Origin: Candidatus Alloscybalousia sp.
Lineage (GTDB): Bacteria > Bacillota_I > Bacilli_A > RF39 > UBA660
Reading direction: 5' to 3'
Length of the DNA: 64,000 nucleotides
Assembly: GCA_045595895.1 (NCBI GenBank)
Contig: JAZOBJ010000013.1
Span: 1,671-65,670 of the forward strand
In this document: positions 57,822 through 64,000 of the stretch, piece after piece
Layout of the letters: every line of letters starts with the position of its first letter
Position numbering within the stretch: position 1 is the stretch's first letter
Notes under the pieces: model-generated
Told to the model about the DNA's origin: nothing
The model's database searches: none
Seen by the model: only the letters and a program-made list of their open reading frames with translations
Program-made: the position numbers and the translations under genes

Positions 57822-58871
57822 ATGGGACTATTTAATAAGATTAAAAATATTTTTGTAAAAGAAGAAAAGATAGAAGAAAAAGAAAGTGTAGAAGTAGTTG
57901 ATTTTACTAATGAAGCAGTGGGAGAAACTGTTGCTAAAGAAGAACAAACAGTTAAAGTTTATGAAAAAGGACTTACTAAGAGTCGTAAGGGTTTTGTTTC
58001 AAATTTAATTTCACTTACTTCTCGTTATAGTAAAATAAATGATGATTATTTTGATGAATTAGAAGAAATCTTAATTATGGCTGATATTGGTGTTAATACA
58101 GTTATGAAGTTTATGGATCGTTTACGTGATCGTGTAAAACATGAAAAAATAGAAGATCCTAATTTATTAAAAGAAGTTATAGTTGATGAATTATTTATTA
58201 TTTATGTAGATGATAATATTTTAGAAAGTAAAATTAAATATAGTGAGAGTAGACCTACAGTTTTATTATTTGTTGGTGTTAATGGGGTAGGTAAAACTAC
58301 TACCATTGGAAAACTTGCTAGTAAAATGATTAGTGAGGGTAAAAAGGTTTTATTAGTAGCTGGTGATACTTTTAGAGCTGGTGCAACTAAACAACTTGAG
58401 GAATGGGCTTTTAGGGTTGGCGCTAGTTTTGTTGGTAGAGAAGAGGGCTGTGATCCAGCAAGTGTTGTTTTTGATGGATTACAAAAAGCTAAGAAAGAAG
58501 CTTTTGATGTTGTATTAATAGATACAGCTGGTAGACTTCAGAATAAAGTTAATCTAATGAATGAGCTTGAAAAAATTAATCGTGTTATTGCTAGAGAAAT
58601 ACCTGATGCACCACATGAGACATTATTAATAATTGATGCAACAACAGGTCAAAATGGAATAAGCCAAGCTAAGAGTTTTAAAGAAATTACTAATATTACA
58701 GGTATTGTTTTAACTAAATTAGATGGTACTGCTAAGGGTGGTATCGTACTTGCCATTAAAGAGGAAGTTAATATTCCAGTTAAATATATTGGACTTGGAG
58801 AAACAAAAGATGATTTACAACCTTTTGATATTGAGACGTATATTTATGGATTATTTAAAGATATGATGTAG
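57822..58871 (+). CDS. ftsY: signal recognition particle receptor FtsY (short N-terminus)
   Basis: NG domain motifs GVNGVGKTTT, DTAGR and TKLDGTAKGG. RBS aggagga. Confidence 0.9.
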   Translation: MGLFNKIKNIFVKEEKIEEKESVEVVDFTNEAVGETVAKEEQTVKVYEKGLTKSRKGFVSNLISLTSRYSKINDDYFDELEEILIMADIGVNTVMKFMDRLRDRVKHEKIEDPNLLKEVIVDELFIIYVDDNILESKIKYSESRPTVLLFVGVNGVGKTTTIGKLASKMISEGKKVLLVAGDTFRAGATKQLEEWAFRVGASFVGREEGCDPASVVFDGLQKAKKEAFDVVLIDTAGRLQNKVNLMNELEKINRVIAREIPDAPHETLLIIDATTGQNGISQAKSFKEITNITGIVLTKLDGTAKGGIVLAIKEEVNIPVKYIGLGETKDDLQPFDIETYIYGLFKDMM

Positions 58872-58878
58872 GTGAGTT

Positions 58879-59169
58879 ATGGATAGAAAGATTTATTTTA
58901 ATAACTTATATGATTATTATCAGGATTTATTTACTGATAAACAAAAAGAATATTATGAAGCATATTATTTTAAAGATTTGTCTTTAGCTGAAATAGCTGA
59001 AAATAATGGTGTTAGTAGAAATGCTGTTCATGGACAAATTAAAATAGTTGAAGAAAAATTAGAATTTTATGAACAAGTGCTTTGTTTATATAAGAAGTCT
59101 TTAAAGATGCATGAAATACTTAGAGATGTCGATAGTGATTTAAGAAAAAGAATAGAGGAAATAATTTAG
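58879..59169 (+). CDS. ylxM: YlxM/UPF0122 putative HTH protein of the SRP operon
   Basis: 96 aa with LSLAEIAENNGVSRNAVHGQI, the sigma-70 region-4-like HTH typical of YlxM. Confidence 0.7.
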   Translation: MDRKIYFNNLYDYYQDLFTDKQKEYYEAYYFKDLSLAEIAENNGVSRNAVHGQIKIVEEKLEFYEQVLCLYKKSLKMHEILRDVDSDLRKRIEEII

Positions 59170-59184
59170 TTTTGGAGGGGTACT

Positions 59185-60939
59185 ATGTTTGATAAGATTA
59201 CTTATGTAGGAGATACTGTAGTTGAAATTAAGTTACTAGCGGGTATTAATAATAATATTGATATTATGAATATGCCTATTATTTTACAGGATGATAATAA
59301 GAGTATTTTAGCTGAAATAAAAGATCTTAATTTTGACTCAGTTAAGGCTAAAATGCTTGGTGAAATTATTAATGATAAATTTATTAGTGGTATATTGAGA
59401 AAACCAAATCTTAATGCTAAAATCAGATCATTAAATGAAAATGAACTTTATTATATAGTTAATAAGGAAGAAAAAGAAAACCTACTGTTAGGTGTTAGTC
59501 CTTTTTATGATAATAAATCAGTTTATGTTGACATGAATGAACTATTTAGTAAACATACATGTATTTTTGGTAATACTGGTAGTGGTAAGAGTTGTGGAGT
59601 AGCTAGAATATTACAAAATGTATTTAATAATCCTAGTTTTGTTCCTTTCAGATCTAATTTCTTTATTTTTGATTCAACAGGTGAATATTATTCTGCTTTT
59701 TCTAAGATAAATGAAATTAATCCTAATTATAATTATCGTTTTATAACTACTAATTCTAATAGTCCATATGAAGGGGAATTATTAAAAATACCAGTATGGT
59801 TACTTAATGTTGATGATTTAGCTCTTTTATTGTCGGCTAATACACATACACAGATTTCAATACTTGAAAAAACATTAAAATTAGTTAAGATATTTTCTCA
59901 AACTGATGAAACGGCAATCAATTATCAAAATCATTTAATAGCTAGTGCGGTTATGACTATTTTATATTCAAATCAAGTAGCTGCTAGTAAAAGGGATGAA
60001 ATATTTACTATTTTAAATACTTGTGCAACAGATGCGTTTAATTTGAATTCTACTGTACAAGGTATTGGTTACACAAGAAGACTTCAAGATTGTTTCTTGA
60101 TTGATACTTCTGGTAACTTCTCAGAGAGAGTTTTACTTACTGAGTATGTTAATAATTATATTAAACCTGAATTAAATAGATATGAACCAGATAAAGTTAA
60201 TTATTATACTTTAGATGATTTGGAAAGGGCTTTAAATTTTGCGTTAATTAGTGAAGGTTGGCTTAGAAATGAAAATGTTTATGCTGATGCGATTACTTTA
60301 AGGGTTAAATTACATGAGTTAGTAATTGGACCTAATAGAAAATTCTTCGAATGTAAGGATTTTGTTAGAATAGATCAATTTATTAGTAGTTTAATAATAG
60401 TTAAAGATACAAAATATCAAATAGTTAATATTAATTTAGAAGATGTTGATGATAGTTTTGCGAAGAGTGTTGTTAAAATATTTACTAGGCTTATCTTTGA
60501 TCTTTCTAAGAAGATTCAGAGGGGTAGTATTCCATTTAATATTATGTTAGAAGAAGCTCATAGATATGTTCAACATGATACTGATGAATTCTTATTTGGT
60601 TATAATATTTTTGATAGGGTAGCTAAAGAGGGAAGAAAGTATGGAGTTTTAATGACTTTAATTAGTCAAAGACCTGTTGATTTATCTGAGACTGTTATAT
60701 CTCAATGTTCTAACTTTATTATATTTAAAATGAGTCATCCTAGAGATATTGAGTATATTACTAAGATGATACCTAATATTACAGAAGATACTATTGAAAA
60801 ACAGAAATCACTTCAAGTTGGTAATTGTTTAGCTTTTGGTTCTGGTTTTAAGATACCTATTGTGGTTAGATTGGAACTTCCTAATCCAGTGCCTCAAGGT
60901 AGTAGTTGTGATGTTGTTCATAAGTGGACAAGTAATTAA
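59185..60939 (+). CDS. HerA/DUF87-type (FtsK-HerA superfamily) P-loop ATPase inserted between ylxM and ffh
   Basis: Walker A CIFGNTGSGKSCG, FIFDSTGEY, Walker B IMLEEAHRY and GRKYGVLMTLISQRP. N-terminal small barrel-like region. RBS ggagggg. Confidence 0.6.
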   Translation: MFDKITYVGDTVVEIKLLAGINNNIDIMNMPIILQDDNKSILAEIKDLNFDSVKAKMLGEIINDKFISGILRKPNLNAKIRSLNENELYYIVNKEEKENLLLGVSPFYDNKSVYVDMNELFSKHTCIFGNTGSGKSCGVARILQNVFNNPSFVPFRSNFFIFDSTGEYYSAFSKINEINPNYNYRFITTNSNSPYEGELLKIPVWLLNVDDLALLLSANTHTQISILEKTLKLVKIFSQTDETAINYQNHLIASAVMTILYSNQVAASKRDEIFTILNTCATDAFNLNSTVQGIGYTRRLQDCFLIDTSGNFSERVLLTEYVNNYIKPELNRYEPDKVNYYTLDDLERALNFALISEGWLRNENVYADAITLRVKLHELVIGPNRKFFECKDFVRIDQFISSLIIVKDTKYQIVNINLEDVDDSFAKSVVKIFTRLIFDLSKKIQRGSIPFNIMLEEAHRYVQHDTDEFLFGYNIFDRVAKEGRKYGVLMTLISQRPVDLSETVISQCSNFIIFKMSHPRDIEYITKMIPNITEDTIEKQKSLQVGNCLAFGSGFKIPIVVRLELPNPVPQGSSCDVVHKWTSN

Positions 60940-60944
60940 TGAAA

Positions 60945-60971
60945 AGACTAGTAAATACTAGTTTTTTTTAG
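60945..60971 (+). terminator. rho-independent terminator after the HerA-like gene
   Basis: Hairpin actagt aaat actagt followed by T8. Confidence 0.5.
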
Positions 60972-61002
60972 TATAATATTAATAGTTTATAGGAGGGATA
61001 AT

Positions 61003-62310
61003 ATGTTTGAATCACTTGGAGATAGACTTCAAAATGCTCTTCATAAGATTAAAGGTTATGGGAAAATTACAGAAGAAAATATTTCTGATATGATGAGAGA
61101 AATTCGTTTAGCTTTACTTGAAGCTGATGTTAATTATCAAGTAGTAAAAGAGTTTACAAATACAGTAAAAGAAAAAGCACTTGGTGAAGAAGTACAAAAA
61201 AGTATTAAACCTGGAGATTTGTTTGTTAAAATAGTAAAGGATGAGTTGACAGAGTTATTAGGTGGTGAAAGTTCTCCACTTAATATGAATGGTAATCCTG
61301 CTACTTTGATGTTAGTTGGGTTACAAGGTTCTGGTAAAACTACTACTATTGGAAAGTTAGCTAACTTCTTAAGAAAGAAGAATAGTAAGAAACCACTTCT
61401 TGTTGCGTGTGATGTTTATCGTCCTGCTGCAATTGATCAGTTGAAACAACTTGGTAAACAACTTGGAATTGAAGTATATGAGGAAGGTAAAAAAGATCCA
61501 GTTGAAATTAGTAAAAATGCAATTAATTACGCTAAACAAAATGGTTATGATTATGTGTTAATTGATACTGCTGGTAGACTTCATATTGATAAAGAGTTAA
61601 TGGAAGAGTTACAAAATATTAACGCTGAAGTTAAACCTCAAGAAGTATTATTAGTAATTGATTCAATGATGGGTCAAGATGCTATTAATGTTATTCAAGG
61701 TTTTAATGATAGTTTAAAGTTAACTGGTGTTATTTTAACTAAGTTAGATGGTGATACACGTGGAGGTGTCGCTTTATCTGTTAGACATTTGACTAATGTA
61801 CCAATTAAATTTATTGGTGTTAGTGAAAAGTTAGATGGTTTAGAAAACTTTGATCCTGAGAGAATGGCTGGTAGAATTTTAGGAATGGGAGATATCATTT
61901 CTCTTGTTGAAAAAGCTACTGAAGTAATAGATGAAGAAGAAGCAATGAGTGCTGCTAAGAAGATGCAGTCTGGTAAATTTGATTTAGAAGATTTTTTAAA
62001 ACAAATGAAACAGATCAAAAAACTTGGACCTCTTGAAAATTTAATTAAGATGTTACCAGGAGCTAAGAAAATGGGACTTACTAATGTAAATATTGATCCT
62101 AAACAAATGGCTCATGTTGAGGCAATTATTCTTTCAATGACACCAAAAGAAAGAAGAAATCCTGATATTATAAAAGCTAGTCGTAAAACACGTATAGCTA
62201 AAGGTTGTGGACTTTCTGTTCAAGAAGTTAATAAATTATTAATGCAATTTGAACAGATGAAAAAAATGATGAAACAGATGTCAAATGGTAATTTTAAAAT
62301 GCCATTTTAG
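61003..62310 (+). CDS. ffh: signal recognition particle protein Ffh
   Basis: GLQGSGKTTT, DTAGR, TKLDGDTRGG and a Met-rich M domain. RBS aggaggg. Confidence 0.95.
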   Translation: MFESLGDRLQNALHKIKGYGKITEENISDMMREIRLALLEADVNYQVVKEFTNTVKEKALGEEVQKSIKPGDLFVKIVKDELTELLGGESSPLNMNGNPATLMLVGLQGSGKTTTIGKLANFLRKKNSKKPLLVACDVYRPAAIDQLKQLGKQLGIEVYEEGKKDPVEISKNAINYAKQNGYDYVLIDTAGRLHIDKELMEELQNINAEVKPQEVLLVIDSMMGQDAINVIQGFNDSLKLTGVILTKLDGDTRGGVALSVRHLTNVPIKFIGVSEKLDGLENFDPERMAGRILGMGDIISLVEKATEVIDEEEAMSAAKKMQSGKFDLEDFLKQMKQIKKLGPLENLIKMLPGAKKMGLTNVNIDPKQMAHVEAIILSMTPKERRNPDIIKASRKTRIAKGCGLSVQEVNKLLMQFEQMKKMMKQMSNGNFKMPF

Positions 62311-62318
62311 GGGGATTT

Positions 62319-62735
62319 ATGAGAAAAAATAGGTTTATATCTAATGATTTTGCTGCAATAACTATAATTAAGATTAAACAGGTTTTGTTTGGTATTGTCT
62401 ATATTACTACTGATGAATTTGAATATATTAGAAATGAGTTGCAAAAAACATTTAATAAAGAGGATAATGGTATGATTATACATAGCGATTTTAATAAATT
62501 TGATCCAGATAATATAGAAGTTAACAATTCAATTATTACTATAGCTGAAGAAGCATCAATCATTTTTGGACCAAATCATAGATTAGCTAATTATTTTTAT
62601 GTTATAGCTGAGCTTATTATGGAATATGCTGAAGAAGAATCAGAAACAAAAAAGTTAGAATTTGAAAGATTTAAAAATGAAAATGATACTTTTGAAGAAA
62701 GACAAATTAGTTTATTAAAGAGACTATCAAATTAA
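62319..62735 (+). CDS. hypothetical protein (138 aa)
   Basis: RBS aggggga, immediately after ffh in the position normally held by rpsP. Confidence 0.4.
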   Translation: MRKNRFISNDFAAITIIKIKQVLFGIVYITTDEFEYIRNELQKTFNKEDNGMIIHSDFNKFDPDNIEVNNSIITIAEEASIIFGPNHRLANYFYVIAELIMEYAEEESETKKLEFERFKNENDTFEERQISLLKRLSN

Positions 62736-62812
62736 TAGTCTTTTTTAGGCCAATTTATTATTGCATAGTTATTTTTTTTCATACTATAAACTAGATAGGA
62801 GGAAAGAAACTA

Positions 62813-63150
62813 TGTTTAGAAATTGTTGTTATGATAGACAAAATGAAGTCAATAACACTTTTAATGCACAAAATATGGATGTCGATATGAATATCGAAAT
62901 GAATAATAATCAGATGATGGGTGCAATGGCTCCACAAATGGCTGGTGGAATGCAAACTCCAATTGTTGAACCTATGCAAGAAAGAGTTGTTAACCGTACT
63001 ATTGTGCATGAAGTTCCACACGTATGTCCTATGAGAACAAGAATAGTTAATCATCATGTTTTCAAACATACTTATCAACCATCTTATTCATGTTGTGAAG
63101 AAAACGTATGTAGTGAAGTTCAATGTGGTTCTTGTTGTAATTTTAGATAA
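62813..63150 (+). CDS. Cys/His/Met-rich spore-coat-like protein (CotD-like)
   Basis: IVEPMQERVVNRTIVHEVPHVCPMRTRIVNHHVFKHTYQPSYSCC...CGSCCNF resembles the inner spore coat protein D repeat pattern. RBS ggaggaaag. Confidence 0.45.
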
Positions 63151-63238
63151 AAAGTCGAAAGACTTTTTTTCTTTTTTATAAAATAATTGACAAAATGTAT
63201 AAACAATGTATATACTATAAGTGATTGGAGTTGATCAT

Positions 63239-63481
63239 ATGGAAGCAAGACTTCAAAAGTGGGGAAATTCAGATGGAATAAGAATTCCTAGCAGTATTTT
63301 AAAATCTTTAAATATAAAAACTAATGATATATTAATTATCGAGCAGCAAGATGATAAAATAATTATTAGTATTCCAAAAAAGAAAAAAGTATCATTAGCT
63401 GACAAGTTTAAAGAATATAAAGGAAAAAATTTAGCTAGAGATTTTACTTGGGATGAAAGTGTAGGCAGAGAAATATGGTAA
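63239..63481 (+). CDS. mazE: MazE/PemI-like antitoxin (SpoVT/AbrB swapped-hairpin)
   Basis: MEARLQKWGNSDGIRIPSSILKSL with a C-terminal acidic/K tail. Overlaps the toxin gene start. Confidence 0.6.
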   Translation: MEARLQKWGNSDGIRIPSSILKSLNIKTNDILIIEQQDDKIIISIPKKKKVSLADKFKEYKGKNLARDFTWDESVGREIW

Positions 63482-63816
63482 AAAAGTATGTGCCTAAACA
63501 AGGGGATGTTGTTTTTCTTGATTTTAATCCAACTAAAGGTCATGAACAATCAGAATTTAGACCTGCTGTTGTTGTGAGTAATAATGTTTTTAATGAGAAC
63601 ACTAAGATGGTAATGGTATGTCCTGTTACATCTAATGATAAAGAATTTCCAACACATTATCATTTAGAAGATACCAAAAATATACAAGGTTCTGTTTTAT
63701 GTGAACATATAAGAAGCATTGATTATGAGATTAGAAATTTGAAATTTGTTGAGAAACTAAGTGATAATGATTTCATTAGTATAATTACATTATTAAATGC
63801 TTGTATAGAGGAATAG
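63475..63816 (+). CDS. mazF: MazF/PemK-family endoribonuclease toxin
   Basis: PKQGDVVFLDFNPTKGHEQSEFRPAVVVSNNVFN...MVMVCPVTS. Confidence 0.7.
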   Translation: MVKKYVPKQGDVVFLDFNPTKGHEQSEFRPAVVVSNNVFNENTKMVMVCPVTSNDKEFPTHYHLEDTKNIQGSVLCEHIRSIDYEIRNLKFVEKLSDNDFISIITLLNACIEE

Positions 63817-63940
63817 ATAAAGTTGAAAGACTTTTTTTCTTTGTCAAAATAAGTTAAATTAAGTTATAAAACTAGATATTCTTTTAATAAATGTTATACT
63901 TATTATAGATAGATAATCTATTTTGAAATGGAGATGATAT

Positions 63941-64000
63941 TATGAATAATAAAGTTGTTATAATTGGTTGTGGAAATGTTGGGATGAGTTATGCATATGC
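63941..64000 (+). CDS. ldh: L-lactate dehydrogenase, N-terminal 20 codons (continues beyond window)
   Basis: MNNKVVIIGCGNVGMSYAYA is the Rossmann GxGxxG region typical of the Ldh N-terminus. RBS ggaga. Confidence 0.45.

Noticed and set aside
61695-62018. 107-aa minus-strand ORF inside ffh
   Set aside because: Antisense shadow.
62791-63549. Minus-strand ORFs 62791-63078 and 63253-63549
   Set aside because: Antisense to the CotD-like and mazE/mazF genes, which have RBSs and recognisable family motifs.
1-64000. Search for CRISPR arrays, tRNA/rRNA genes, transposases, integrases and phage genes
   Set aside because: No direct-repeat/spacer arrays, no tRNA-like cloverleaf sequences and no IS or phage hallmark proteins were seen. 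The window is core chromosome.

Overview
This window is a very AT-rich (by eye roughly 30% GC) chromosomal segment from a low-GC Firmicute that uses the standard genetic code (Trp is encoded by TGG). It is densely packed with housekeeping genes and almost all intergenic gaps are explained by Shine-Dalgarno sites, sigma-A-like promoters and hairpin plus T-run terminators.

Recognisable genes include gap, pgk, tpiA, gpmI, spo0A, a SigA-like sigma factor, dinB, trmB, tyrS with a T-box leader, rpsD, ezrA, a NifS/IscS cysteine desulfurase, thiI, an alpha/beta-type SASP, ackA, engB, der, spoIVA, hup, cca, a dnaD-like gene, nth, mscL, a ZIP transporter, ponA, recU, gpsB, RNase P RNA, a rodZ-like gene, pgsA, recA, rny, rnj, ftsY, ylxM, ffh, a mazEF pair and the start of ldh.

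Micro-synteny resembles Bacillus: recU-ponA, dnaD-nth, gpsB-rnpB, rodZ-pgsA-recA-rny, spoIVA next to hup, and cysteine desulfurase-thiI-SASP. Together with sporulation markers (Spo0A, SpoIVA, SASP, a CotD-like coat protein, Cse60-like and SpoVIF-like small proteins) and three FemAB-family paralogs, this tentatively suggests a spore-forming relative of Bacilli/Erysipelotrichia or an AT-rich Clostridia-like organism. The taxon cannot be fixed from sequence alone.

The most unusual features, in order:
1. A 584-aa HerA/DUF87-type P-loop ATPase is inserted between ylxM and ffh inside the otherwise conserved SRP operon, with no nuclease or effector partner nearby.
2. A MurJ/SpoVB-like flippase sits next to three FemAB paralogs, suggesting a complete peptidoglycan cross-bridge module.
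3. The glycolytic gap-pgk-tpi-gpmI cluster is split by a glycolipid synthase/flippase-like pair, spo0A, an atypical long sigma-70 and an AAA ATPase.
4. A membrane-anchored beta-propeller protein carries a long lysine-rich histone-like N-terminal tail.
5. dinB is translationally coupled to an HExxH-motif protein.

No CRISPR array, tRNA, rRNA or obvious transposase was seen.
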